Positions 1 to 8,487 of a stretch of 32,000 bases of DNA are shown here, piece after piece (position 1 is the first letter of the stretch; every line of letters begins with the position of its first letter). The position numbers were made by a program, and so were the translations under genes. Below the pieces are notes generated by a model. It was not told the origin of the DNA and did no database searches. It saw only the letters and a list, made by a program, of their open reading frames with translations. The DNA is from Gemmata obscuriglobus (GTDB lineage: Bacteria; Planctomycetota; Planctomycetia; Gemmatales; Gemmataceae), in NCBI RefSeq assembly GCF_008065095.1, contig NZ_CP042911.1, positions 3,060,001 to 3,092,000 on the forward strand. The letters are read 5' to 3'.

Positions 1-630
1 GAGCGGTCCGTCGCCGCGGTCGTCTCCGCCCTGGTCCGCGCGACCAGCCACCTGTCCCCCCTGTCCCTCGGGACCGCCCCCGCGGACCCGGGTGCGGACC
101 AGCGGCGCCGCGAGTGGTCCGACGAACTCGAGACGCACTTCGCCGCGATGCGCCGCCGCGCCCGCCAGCTGTGCCCGCCGCCCATGCTGCCCCAGTTCGA
201 GGACGACCTCACCGAGATCGAGGCCACGGTCCGCGGCGCGATCACCGGGCGGGTCGTGCTGTTCTGGGACCTGGACCAGCACGTCGAACAGGTGAAGGGG
301 TTCGGGCGCCGCTGGGTGCCGTACATCGATCCGCCCCCGCCCCGCCTGCGGTGCGACGAGACCGACCGCTCGGTGCGGCTCGACGGGCGGGTGCTCGCCA
401 CCGAGCTGAAGCGCGAGGAGTTCGCGTTCGTGCAGATGCTGGCCGCGCGGTACCCCGACCCGGTGCCGTGGCGGACCGTGACCAACGCGGCGCCCGGGTG
501 CCGCGGCAAGAACCAGACCCGTGTGCTGAACGCGCTGCCGGCGGCGGTACGGAACCTCATCGAGAGCGACGCCACCGGGTACGCGCTGCGGCTCCCGCCG
601 AAGTTGTCCACGGGTGTCCAGACGGCGTAG
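1..630 (+). CDS. Hypothetical DNA-binding protein with a C-terminal OmpR/PhoB-like winged helix (5' end outside window)
   Basis: Frame +1 is open from nt 1 (ERSVAAVVSALVRATSHL...), so the listed 148..630 ORF is probably the tail of a longer gene. The C-terminal ~90 aa (RSVRLDGRVLATELKREEFAFVQMLAARYPDPVPWRTV...TRVLNALPAAVRNLIESDATGYALRLP) has the spacing of a Trans_reg_C-type winged helix. Assigned by eye only. Confidence 0.5.
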   Translation, partial: ERSVAAVVSALVRATSHLSPLSLGTAPADPGADQRRREWSDELETHFAAMRRRARQLCPPPMLPQFEDDLTEIEATVRGAITGRVVLFWDLDQHVEQVKGFGRRWVPYIDPPPPRLRCDETDRSVRLDGRVLATELKREEFAFVQMLAARYPDPVPWRTVTNAAPGCRGKNQTRVLNALPAAVRNLIESDATGYALRLPPKLSTGVQTA

Positions 631-695
631 ACACCGCGTGACACGGAAATGGGCGAAGATCCTTGCGTCCGGCAACACCCGACGCGAGGACCGAC

Positions 696-1028
696 ATGCT
701 CGGCGACGAAGTGCTCATCTCCCTGGCCCAGGCCGCCGCCAAGTTCCCCGGGCACCGCGGGGCCGCGCGGCTGCACCCGGCCACCCTGACCCGCTGGATC
801 CTCAACGGGGTCCGCGCCCGCGACGGCCGCCGGGTGAAGCTCGAGGCGGTCCGCGCCGGGACCCGCTGGCTCACCTCCGAGCCCGCGCTCCGGCGGTTCT
901 CGGACGCGCTCGGCGGGTCCGACGGTTCGCATGCGACCGCCCCCGCCCCGTGCGGCCCCCGCTCCCCGACCGCCCGGCAGAAGGCCAGCGCCCGCGCCGC
1001 CGACGAGCTGCGCGCGATCGGCGCGTGA
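696..1028 (+). CDS. DUF1580-like / excisionase(AlpA)-like helix-turn-helix protein
   Basis: The track ORF 663..1028 starts at TTG. An in-frame ATG at 696 follows GAGGA (686-690) with a 5-nt spacer. The peptide LISLAQAAAKFPGHRGAARLHPATLTRWILNGVRARDGRRVKLEAVRAGTRWLTSEPALRRFSDAL matches the pattern of small Planctomycete DUF1580 HTH proteins, and the gene lies directly upstream of a primase gene. Confidence 0.6.
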   Translation: MLGDEVLISLAQAAAKFPGHRGAARLHPATLTRWILNGVRARDGRRVKLEAVRAGTRWLTSEPALRRFSDALGGSDGSHATAPAPCGPRSPTARQKASARAADELRAIGA

Positions 1029-1148
1029 ACCGCTCCCCCGCGCGGCGGGGCGGTCCCGCCGCACACCATTTCCCGGCACCACCAAAAAGCACACCGGGCC
1101 GCGGGGAGAGCTGGCGAGCGTCCCGCGACCCGGTGCGACAAACACTTC

Positions 1149-3629
1149 ATGAAAACGGTACCCGACAGCGCCCGTTCCCGCAATCCCGGTTTGCTGCCGC
1201 AGCACCGGGCCGACCTGCACGCGTCCGGGCTCACCGACGGGCAGATCGCGGCGTGCGGGTTCTACTCCGAGAGCGACCCGGAGGTCGTCGCCGGGCTGCT
1301 CCGCGGTCACTTCACGCCGGCGCGGGCGGCGAAGCTCGGCCCGTGCCTGGCATTCCCGTACCACGCCCCCGAGGGCACCCCGACCGGGTACGTGCGGCTC
1401 AAACCCGACCGCCCGCGGACCCGCACGGGGGGCGACAAGGTCGTCAAGTACGAGGCCCCGGCCGGGGCCCCGAACCGCGCGTACCTGCCGCCGGGCACCC
1501 GCTCCGCGCTGGCCGATCCGACCGTCCCGCTGGTGCTCACCGAGGGCGAGAAGAAGGCGGCCGCCGCGGACCAGCACGGGTTCCCGTGCGTCGGGCTGAG
1601 CGGGGTGTGGGCGTGGCAGGTGAAGCGCCCGAAGGACCCGCACGGCCGCGGCACCGGGCCGCGGCAGCTGATCCCGGACCTGGCCCGGGTCGTCTGGGCC
1701 GGCCGCCCGGTGGTGCTGGCGTTCGACTCCGACGTCGCCTCCAACCCCCAGGTGCGGTGGGCCGAGTGGCACCTGGCCGAGGCGCTCCGGACCGCCGGGG
1801 CCGTGGTCCGCGTGCTGCGGTTCCCGGGCGGCCCGGCGGGCGAGAAGGTGGCGCTGGACGACGTCCTGGTCGGCCGCGGCGCGGGCGCGCTCCGCGACCT
1901 GATCCGCGGGGCCGGCCCGCCGGAGCCGCCGGCCCCCGACGGCGGCGGGCCGGAGATCGTGCTCGGGACCGACGAGCACCGGGTGAACGACGAGGCGGTG
2001 CGCGCGCTCGCGGCCGAGCCGGACCTGTACCAGCGGGGCGGGATGCTGGTCCAGGTGGTGAGCACCGAAGCGGATGCCGCCGCGGGCGCCGCGGTGCGGC
2101 GGCCGCCCGGGGCGCGGGTCGTGCGCGAGGTCCCGCTGCCCCTGCTCCGCGAGCGCCTGACCCGGTGCGCCCGGTGGGTGAGGTACGTGGGGAAGGAGGA
2201 CGAGGATTACAAGCCGGTCCACCCGCCGATGTGGTCGGTGAACGCGGTCCACGCCCGCGGCGCGTGGCCCGGGGTCCGGCACCTCGAGGCCGTCGTGAAC
2301 CACCCCGTGGTGCTGGGCAACGGCGCCCTGCTCGCGGCCAACGGGTACAACGCGCCCTCGAAGCTGCTGGTGTGCCTCCCGCCCGACCTGCACCTGAACG
2401 TGTCCGACCGGCCAACACAGCGCGACGCGGTAAACGCGGTCGCGACCCTCGAAGATGTGCTGCGGGACTTCCCGTTTGCGAATCCGGCGCACCGGGCCGC
2501 GTGGCTGGGCGGGCTGCTCACCCCGCTCGCGTGGTTCGGGTTCGACGGCCCGGCCCCGATGCTCCTGATCGACGGCAACACCCGGGGCGTGGGCAAGGGG
2601 CTGCTCGCCGACCTGATCGCGCTGATCCTGACCGGGCGCCGGTTCGCGGTCATGTCCTACTCCGCGGACAAGGAGGAGCTGCGGAAGAAGATCACGAGCC
2701 TGGCGATGGAGGGCGAGCGCCTGGTGCTGCTCGACAACTTGGCCGGCGCGGTGGGGAACGACGTGCTCGACATGGCGCTCACCGGGGACCGGTGGCGGGA
2801 CCGGGTGCTGGGCGGGAACAAGGTGTACGACGGCCCGCTGCACGTCACCTGGGTGGCGACCGGGAACAACGTGCAACTCGCGGCCGACACGGCACGCCGG
2901 TGCTCGCACTGCCGACTCGAGACCCGCGACGAGCGACCGGAACTGCGGACCGACGTGACGTACACCGACCTGCGCGGGCACGTGCGCGTGAACCGCGGTG
3001 CGCTACTCTCCGCGGCGCTCACGATCCTGCGGGCGTGGTACAGCGCCGGGCGCCCGCGGCACGGGCTGGCACCGTGGGGCAGCTTCGAGGGCTGGTCCGC
3101 GGTGGTGCGCGAGGCGGTGGTATTCGCCGGGCTGCCCGACCCCGGCGAGGCCCGGCTCGCGCTCCAGACCAGCGCCGACCGGGACGCGGTCGCGATGGAG
3201 GCGCTGCTCGCGTGCTTGGAACAGATGGACCCGAACCGGCGCGGGGTCACCACGGCCGAGGTGATCGGGCGAATCCGGGACACGACGGGACCGGCCCCGG
3301 ACTGGGTGCCCGAGCTGCGGGCCGCGGTCGAGGAGCTATGCGGGAAGCTCGACGGGCGGGCCCTGGGGGGCCGGTTCCGGCACTTCCAGCGGCGCAACTT
3401 CGGCGGCCGGATGCTGTGCAAGGGCGGCTCCGACCGGACCAACTCGAACCGCTGGGAGGTGGTCCCGGCGAGCGGTGCGGAGGTCCGCCCCGGCCCGGTG
3501 CCGGAGGCCCCGGTGCCCGCTGGAGGTGCCGGAGAAGACGGGCCCGATCCCGCCCGCCCGCAGCCGTCGCGCGCGGGACCGCGGTACCGGAGCGACGACC
3601 GCCCGCACGACCGGAGGGACGTCGCGTGA
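1149..3629 (+). CDS. Mobile-element primase/helicase: N-terminal Toprim (DUF3854-like) domain plus C-terminal P-loop NTPase
   Basis: 826-aa ORF with an ATG start. Toprim signatures are the Glu in PLVLTEGEKKAAAADQHGFPCVGLSGVWAW and the DxD in RPVVLAFDSDVASN. A deviant Walker A (LLIDGNTRGVGKGLLADLI) and a Walker B-like stretch (GERLVLLDNLAG) lie further downstream. The amino-acid composition looks coding, unlike the overlapping Arg/Pro-rich frames. Confidence 0.8.
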   Translation: MKTVPDSARSRNPGLLPQHRADLHASGLTDGQIAACGFYSESDPEVVAGLLRGHFTPARAAKLGPCLAFPYHAPEGTPTGYVRLKPDRPRTRTGGDKVVKYEAPAGAPNRAYLPPGTRSALADPTVPLVLTEGEKKAAAADQHGFPCVGLSGVWAWQVKRPKDPHGRGTGPRQLIPDLARVVWAGRPVVLAFDSDVASNPQVRWAEWHLAEALRTAGAVVRVLRFPGGPAGEKVALDDVLVGRGAGALRDLIRGAGPPEPPAPDGGGPEIVLGTDEHRVNDEAVRALAAEPDLYQRGGMLVQVVSTEADAAAGAAVRRPPGARVVREVPLPLLRERLTRCARWVRYVGKEDEDYKPVHPPMWSVNAVHARGAWPGVRHLEAVVNHPVVLGNGALLAANGYNAPSKLLVCLPPDLHLNVSDRPTQRDAVNAVATLEDVLRDFPFANPAHRAAWLGGLLTPLAWFGFDGPAPMLLIDGNTRGVGKGLLADLIALILTGRRFAVMSYSADKEELRKKITSLAMEGERLVLLDNLAGAVGNDVLDMALTGDRWRDRVLGGNKVYDGPLHVTWVATGNNVQLAADTARRCSHCRLETRDERPELRTDVTYTDLRGHVRVNRGALLSAALTILRAWYSAGRPRHGLAPWGSFEGWSAVVREAVVFAGLPDPGEARLALQTSADRDAVAMEALLACLEQMDPNRRGVTTAEVIGRIRDTTGPAPDWVPELRAAVEELCGKLDGRALGGRFRHFQRRNFGGRMLCKGGSDRTNSNRWEVVPASGAEVRPGPVPEAPVPAGGAGEDGPDPARPQPSRAGPRYRSDDRPHDRRDVA

Positions 3630-3982
3630 CCACCGCCACCGAACTGCTGGCACGGGTGCGCGGGTACGGACCCGCGGCCGAAGGCGCGGAGCTGGTCTTT
3701 GCCACCGACCCGCCGCCCGAGCTGGACGTCCTGTTGCGGGTGCTGCACACCGGCATCCGCGCGGTCCTCACCGGGCGGCGCTGGTGGGGCTCCACGGACG
3801 GCAAGCCGCGCGTGGTCGAGCTGAATCCGTCGGTCCCGATCCCCGCCGACGTCGCGCTGCTCGCGGTCGAAGGGGACGGAGTCTGGGACCGGGTCCGCCC
3901 GGATGCCCGGATCGACTTCCCGGAGCTGTTCGCCGCCCCTGAAACGGCCCGCCCGGCCAGAACAGTGGCACGAACCGGATGA
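3626..3982 (+). CDS. Hypothetical protein, probably translationally coupled to the primase/helicase
   Basis: GTG at 3626 overlaps the primase TGA (3627-3629) as GTGA. The 118-aa product (VTTATELLARVRGYGPAAEGAELVFATDPPPELDVLLRVLHTGIRAVLTG...) has balanced composition. It is the only plausible coding part of the spurious 1122-aa track ORF 614..3982. Confidence 0.5.
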   Translation: MTTATELLARVRGYGPAAEGAELVFATDPPPELDVLLRVLHTGIRAVLTGRRWWGSTDGKPRVVELNPSVPIPADVALLAVEGDGVWDRVRPDARIDFPELFAAPETARPARTVARTG

Positions 3983-4119
3983 ACCCGGCGTGGGACCGGT
4001 GTCGGACGTGTTGAGCGACTCACAGCGCGCAACCGATTCGTCATCAATGGGTTGCCGCAATGCGGGGCGGCGTAGCGGGTGTTAACCGGCCAATTGATTT
4101 CGGAAAACCGGAGCGTGCG

Positions 4120-4692
4120 ATGGGCGGTTCGGGGAGCGGCGCGCGGTGGTCCAAGAAGGCCACGGTTGAGGGGCACTACGCGCTGGACACGGCGGACCTG
4201 AAACGGTGGAACCGGCTGGTCCCGGGCACCACCAACCGGGTCGGCTCGTACCAGTGGGGCCGGCCCGGCGGAGGGAAACCGGCCTCGTCGGTCACGTACG
4301 CGCTCACCGTGGGTGCGACCGCCGGAACGCTCCGGCTCTTGTACCGGATCGCGTCGGCAAACGCCGACCTCGACTACCCGGTCCCGCTGGTCACCACCCG
4401 GTGCCACCTGGGCGGGGTGCGGTGGTGGTTCGGGTGCCCGCTCACGAAGGGCGGTGTCGCGTGCGGCCGGCGGGCGCGCAAACTGTACCTGTGCGGCCGG
4501 TACTTCGGGTGCCGGCGCTGCCACGAGCTGACCTACACCAGTACCCAGCAGAGCGACGCCCGGGTGTACGCCCTGGCCCGCGCCGGCCCGAGCGGGATGT
4601 CCCTTATCGAGGGCGCGTCGGTGCAACAACTCGGCCTCGCCCTGAAGGCCCTCACTCTGATCAAAAAGCGGCTCAACCGCCGCACCCGGTAG
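4120..4692 (+). CDS. Conserved hypothetical protein with a putative CxnC...CxxC zinc ribbon
   Basis: In-frame ATG at 4120 within track ORF 4060..4692. Cys cluster: GGVRWWFGCPLTKGGVACGRRARKLYLCGRYFGCRRCHELTYTSTQQS. I recognise this motif layout from uncharacterised proteins that are often linked to mobile DNA; I know of no assigned function. Confidence 0.6.
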   Translation: MGGSGSGARWSKKATVEGHYALDTADLKRWNRLVPGTTNRVGSYQWGRPGGGKPASSVTYALTVGATAGTLRLLYRIASANADLDYPVPLVTTRCHLGGVRWWFGCPLTKGGVACGRRARKLYLCGRYFGCRRCHELTYTSTQQSDARVYALARAGPSGMSLIEGASVQQLGLALKALTLIKKRLNRRTR

Positions 4693-4722
4693 CCTGCTCC
4701 CGACCCGATGAGGAAGACCGAC

Positions 4723-5727
4723 ATGACGACGCTCGCGAAGCTCGACGCGAACCGCCGCAACGCGCAACGTTCGACCGGACCGCGGACCGCCGAGGGCAAG
4801 GCGGCGGCGGCCCGGAACGCGACCACGCACGGCATCTTCGCCGCGGTGCCGGTGCTGCCCGGCGAGCGCGCCGACGCCTGGGACGTGCACCGCGCCGGGG
4901 TGGTCGCGTCGCTCGCACCGGTCGGGCTGCTGGAAATAAACCTGGCCGAGCGCGCCGCCCTGCTGCTGTGGCGGCTCCAGCGGCTCGCGCGGTACGAGGC
5001 CGAGACGGTGGCCGGGACGCTGGAGGACGCCGGTGTGCCCCCTCTTCCGTCCGACGATCCGTTCCCGGTGACGCGCGACCACCCCACGCGTGACGGCCAA
5101 CTGCGCGACCTGCGGCGCGAGTTGCGCGAGGCCAAACAGGAACTCGCCGAGGTGGCCCCGGCCCTCACATTCTGGACCGACGGTGGTGGGGCCGAGGTGG
5201 GCTCATTCGCCGTCGCGGAGACCATCCTCGACGCGGCGTACGGGCGGGCGGTGGCCGCCGAGGGACTGAAGAGCGACCCGCCCGAATTCGGGGGCAAAGC
5301 GTTCCTGCGCAAGCTCGGGCTCGGTGGCACGGCCCCCGCACCGGTTGCGTGGACGCGAGAACTCATCGGTCGAGGCCTGATGCTGTACGCGGAATTCGCG
5401 CACGAACCGACCGAGCGGTTCGGTGCGGCGGTGCGGGAGGACGTCGAGATTTGGGCCGAGGAATTGGAACGGAAGGTCCGCCGGCTGGAATCGGAGTGCG
5501 TGGCCGTGGCGCGGCTCCTGGACACTCGGGTCGAGCGCAAGCGGGTGGCGAAGTTGCTGCCCGGCGACGGGCGCGACGAGCGGATCGCGAAGTACGAGCG
5601 GCACCTGCACGGCTTGCTCACGTCAACGCTCCACGAACTCGAGCGGCTCCAGGCCCGGCGCGGCGGCCAGTCGGTGCCGCCGCCCGTCGTCGCGGACCTG
5701 AACGTGTCGGTCGAAGGGCCGGGGTGA
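4723..5727 (+). CDS. Conserved hypothetical protein (N-terminal NRRNAQRSTGPRT..GK motif)
   Basis: Track ORF 4708..5727. The ATG at 4723 follows AGGAAG (4711-4716) with a 6-nt spacer, so it is the preferred start. The N-terminus MTTLAKLDANRRNAQRSTGPRTAEGKAAAARNATTHGIF resembles a widespread uncharacterised family. The remainder is helical and charged (ELERKVRRLESE..., LHELERLQARRG). Confidence 0.6.
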   Translation: MTTLAKLDANRRNAQRSTGPRTAEGKAAAARNATTHGIFAAVPVLPGERADAWDVHRAGVVASLAPVGLLEINLAERAALLLWRLQRLARYEAETVAGTLEDAGVPPLPSDDPFPVTRDHPTRDGQLRDLRRELREAKQELAEVAPALTFWTDGGGAEVGSFAVAETILDAAYGRAVAAEGLKSDPPEFGGKAFLRKLGLGGTAPAPVAWTRELIGRGLMLYAEFAHEPTERFGAAVREDVEIWAEELERKVRRLESECVAVARLLDTRVERKRVAKLLPGDGRDERIAKYERHLHGLLTSTLHELERLQARRGGQSVPPPVVADLNVSVEGPG

Positions 5728-5814
5728 TACGGTGGGTTCGTTTTGGCCGGGCACCACGAACCGGGCCGACGCGCCGATCCAAGAGCGGTGCAGAAGCCGT
5801 GCTGCCGCACGTAC

Positions 5815-5869
5815 CCTGCACCTCCTGCATCTCCGTCACAGCGGGCGCCGGAATTGAAGGAGGTGCAGG
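5815..5869. repeat. Perfect 12-bp inverted repeat (cctgcacctcct / aggaggtgcagg) separated by 31 nt in a non-coding spacer
   Basis: Read directly: 5815-5826 cctgcacctcct and 5858-5869 aggaggtgcagg are exact reverse complements. The repeat lies ~90 nt after the stop of the last mobile-module gene. Confidence 0.5.
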
Positions 5870-6335
5870 ATCCGTTTCGGCTCGATCCGAACGGCTCACG
5901 CGCGAGCGCGACGACGGGTGCGGAGGCAGGGGCCAACAGCGACGCTTAAACGGGTAGAGTGGCGAGGACAGTTTTGGACGCCCTGTTGTCGCGAAGCGGT
6001 CCGAAATCGCGCCCACGCGCACCGATGTACTGAGGCCGCTCGCGACCCACGCTACGGCCCGATAGCCGTGCTTCAATCGCCCGCTGAGGTGCTGCTTGCA
6101 TTTCACCTCACCGGTCAGCAGCTCAGGGGCCGCGGTTCCGTTTTATCAGCCTCGGGGAGCGGCACGTTGCCTGGGACCCGGTGCGAACGCTCGTCGTCGG
6201 AATGGGCTACGAACTCCCGAACCACGTACCCCAGGCGCCACTCGCTCGGGATCAGGACGTGATCCCGGTATTCCTATCTGGCACCGGGTCCGCCCCAGGC
6301 AATGTCTGTTTGAGTTGCCGGGCAAGTGCCGGTCG

Positions 6336-8444
6336 TTAGCGCGCGACCTGCTCCAACCAGAACCCCTCCAGCTCGACGGCGGCGTCCGGATGATCGAACC
6401 AAACCGCGCCGAACGCGCGCAGCCCCGCCGCCAGTTCGCGCCGGAACGGCTCGTCATTCGCGACGCGCACCGCCGTCTCGACGAACTGCATGGCGGAGCG
6501 TGTGACGAGCGGGTTCAGCCCCGCGCGTCCGAGCACCGCGCCAGCCCACCGGCCGCGCTGGAACGGCCCGGGCCAGGTTACCAGAGGCGTTTCGCAGGCG
6601 ACCGCGTCGGCCACGGTGTTCGCCCCGGACCCGTAGTGTGGGGTGTCCAGCACGACGTCGGCGTGACTGACCAGCCGCAGGTAACCGCCGCGCTCCTGGC
6701 GGGCGATCGCGCCGACCCGCTCCGCGTTCGGGCCGAGCGCACGCCGCAGCCGTGCCATCAGCGCCTGCGTGATCGCCGGTTGCTCGTCCCCCACCAGTAC
6801 CAGGCGCCCGCGGCGGTCCGCGGCGAGGAGCGCGGCGACCGTCGCGTCGAAGTCCGGGTGCCACTTGCGCAGGTTCTGGACGCACAGGTACACCGGCACG
6901 TCCGGCCCCACCCCGAACGTCCGGCGGCGCGCGGCCGGGGCCGGCGGCGCGGGCGGGGCCGGCGGGCGCTCGTAGCACGTCGGCAGCGAACCGAGTCGGC
7001 ACAGGCGCTCGGTGTAGTGCGATTCCCCGCCTGACGGTTCGAGGTCCGCGCCAGACACGTACCAGTCGACCCGCGGGTTCCCGCTCGTGACCGGCCAGCC
7101 CCAGGTCGCGCACTGCACCCGGGACGGGCGAAAGTACGGCAGGAAGTAGTTGGTTGCGTCGGTTCCGATCTCCCAGTAGTGCAGCACGTCAAATCGGGCG
7201 CCCCGGATTCGCTCTGCGGCCTCGTGAACGTGCGCCGGAAGGACCAGGTACTCGCCGGGGAAGGAGGGCCGCAGGTGCCGCAGCACGTTCGCTCCGGACC
7301 GGCTGCACACGAGCGCCACCGCGACGCGCTCGCGGGCGGCGATCCGCTCCACCAGACGCCCCAGGCACCGGTCGTACACACCCTCGTGGCCGTGGGTCAC
7401 CACCACCCCGACCCGCGGGATACCTTCTTTCGGTGAAAGCGGCTCGAGCGGCGTAATCTGCGGCGCGTACAATGCGGCGAACGCTTCGAGCGCCGGGCGC
7501 GGGTCCGCACTGTGGTACGCCAGCCCCATCGGGGGCTCCGCGCCGGACTGGTGGACGCGACCGGGATCGAGGCGCGGCGGGTCCGCGGCCGCCCGTCTGA
7601 GCGCGTCCCGGAGCCGCACGTGGGCGGCGGCGAGCGCGGCCGCGGAATCGGGCACCGGCGGCAGCAGGGCCTCGCGCCGCATCCGGGTCAGGGCCGGAGA
7701 TGCCGCACGCGGTTCGCACGCTTCCATGAGCCGGGCCGCTTCGGCCGTGCGGCCCTGGGCCAGAACCGCCCCGGCGAGCGCGGCCTCCAGGTCCGCGTCC
7801 CCCGGCCGCCGCTCCAGCGCCTCGCGGTAGCACCGCTCCGCCTCCGACCAGCGGTGCAACTCGCCCAGTGCGGCCCCCAGGTTCACCCGGGCGTCGGTCA
7901 GGTCCGGGTCCGCGGCCAGCGCGGCCCGGTAGTCCCGCTCGGCCGGGACCACCCGGCCCTCCTCCCGGAGCAGGTTGCCCCGGTTGTACAGCGCCCGCGC
8001 GAACGACGGCTGGAGCGCGACGGCCCGATCGTAGGCGGCCAGCGCCTCGCTCACCCGCCCCAGATCGCCGAGCACGTTGCCCAGCCCGAAGTGCGCCTCG
8101 GCCCACTGCGGCGCCAGCTCCGCCGCGGCGCGGAACTCTGGCTCCGCCGATACCGGGTCGTTGAGCCGCCGGCACAACTCGGCCAGGTTGTAGCGGTGGG
8201 CCGCGACGTCCGGGCGTAACGCCGCCGCCGCTCGCCAGTGCGGTAACGCCGCGCCGCGGTCCCCGGACTGGAGCCGCGCCAGCCCCAGCAGCGAATGGGC
8301 GTCCGCGTGCCCCGGGTCGACCGCCAGGGCTTGGCCCGCGAGCCGTTCGGCCTCCGGGTGGTCCCCGGCCGCCCAGGCGGCGGTGGCGGCGCGGAAGTGG
8401 TCGGCGGCGGTGGTCATGGAGCTTCGGCCGGAAGGTTGATACAT
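6336..8444 (-). CDS. TPR-repeat protein with a C-terminal GT41 (SPINDLY/OGT-like, COG3914-type) glycosyltransferase domain
   Basis: 702 aa. The N-terminal ~250 aa are TPR-like (AHSLLGLARLQSGDRGAALPHWRAAAALRPD..., AHFGLGNVLGDLGRVSEALAAYDRAVALQPSFARALYNRGNLL...). The C-terminal half matches the bacterial SPINDLY-family pattern (FDVLHYWEIGTDATNYFLPYFRPSRVQCATWGWPVTSGNPRVDWYVSG...HYTERLCRLGSLPTCYERPP...VYLCVQNLRKWHPDFD...DVVLDTPHYGSGANTVADAVACETPLVTWPG). An alternative start is the ATG at 8417 (MTTAADH...). Confidence 0.8.
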   Translation of the reverse strand: MYQPSGRSSMTTAADHFRAATAAWAAGDHPEAERLAGQALAVDPGHADAHSLLGLARLQSGDRGAALPHWRAAAALRPDVAAHRYNLAELCRRLNDPVSAEPEFRAAAELAPQWAEAHFGLGNVLGDLGRVSEALAAYDRAVALQPSFARALYNRGNLLREEGRVVPAERDYRAALAADPDLTDARVNLGAALGELHRWSEAERCYREALERRPGDADLEAALAGAVLAQGRTAEAARLMEACEPRAASPALTRMRREALLPPVPDSAAALAAAHVRLRDALRRAAADPPRLDPGRVHQSGAEPPMGLAYHSADPRPALEAFAALYAPQITPLEPLSPKEGIPRVGVVVTHGHEGVYDRCLGRLVERIAARERVAVALVCSRSGANVLRHLRPSFPGEYLVLPAHVHEAAERIRGARFDVLHYWEIGTDATNYFLPYFRPSRVQCATWGWPVTSGNPRVDWYVSGADLEPSGGESHYTERLCRLGSLPTCYERPPAPPAPPAPAARRRTFGVGPDVPVYLCVQNLRKWHPDFDATVAALLAADRRGRLVLVGDEQPAITQALMARLRRALGPNAERVGAIARQERGGYLRLVSHADVVLDTPHYGSGANTVADAVACETPLVTWPGPFQRGRWAGAVLGRAGLNPLVTRSAMQFVETAVRVANDEPFRRELAAGLRAFGAVWFDHPDAAVELEGFWLEQVAR

Positions 8445-8487
8445 TGCCCGGTGCCCATCATCCTATGCCCGCTCCCGTGAGGCGACC

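Larger units (their letters stand above)
1..5727. mobile_element. Replication/regulatory module of a putative integrated mobile genetic element (left end outside window, right boundary undefined)
   Basis: Six co-oriented, tightly spaced or overlapping genes, including an HTH (DUF1580-like) protein and a Toprim/P-loop primase-helicase. This gene set is typical of integrative elements and plasmids. No integrase, tRNA or direct repeats are visible in the window, so the call rests on gene content only. Confidence 0.4.

Noticed and set aside
1036-1050. Short GC hairpin (ccccgc gcg gcgggg) after the DUF1580-like gene as a terminator
   Set aside because: It has only a 6-bp stem, a 3-nt loop and no U-tract, and the next gene is co-directional and probably co-transcribed. 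Such hairpins arise by chance in DNA this GC-rich.
614-3982. 1122-aa + strand ORF, the longest listed in the first 6 kb
   Set aside because: Its translation is almost pure Arg/Pro/Gly/Ala low complexity, as expected for an off-frame read of high-GC coding DNA. It overlaps the clearly motif-bearing primase-helicase frame (1149..3629). Only its last 118 codons (3626..3982) look like real coding sequence.
2657-5936. Minus-strand ORFs 2657..4060, 3247..5100 and 4533..5936 (467-617 aa)
   Set aside because: They are antisense to the co-directional mobile-module genes. Their composition is Ser/Arg/Pro-rich low complexity with no recognisable motifs.
5728-6335. Search for a tRNA, tmRNA or att core at the putative element boundary
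   Set aside because: I found no T-arm consensus (GGTTCGAATCC-like), no CCA-ended acceptor and no cloverleaf by eye. ggttcg...cgaacc at 5735-5762 has a 16-nt loop and is not tRNA-like. A covariance-model scan (tRNAscan-SE/Infernal) is needed to exclude one formally.
6096-7034. 312-aa + strand ORF beginning in the non-coding gap
   Set aside because: Most of it is antisense to the well-supported GT41 domain, and it has no motifs. The part within 6096-6335 is too short and compositionally unremarkable to call.
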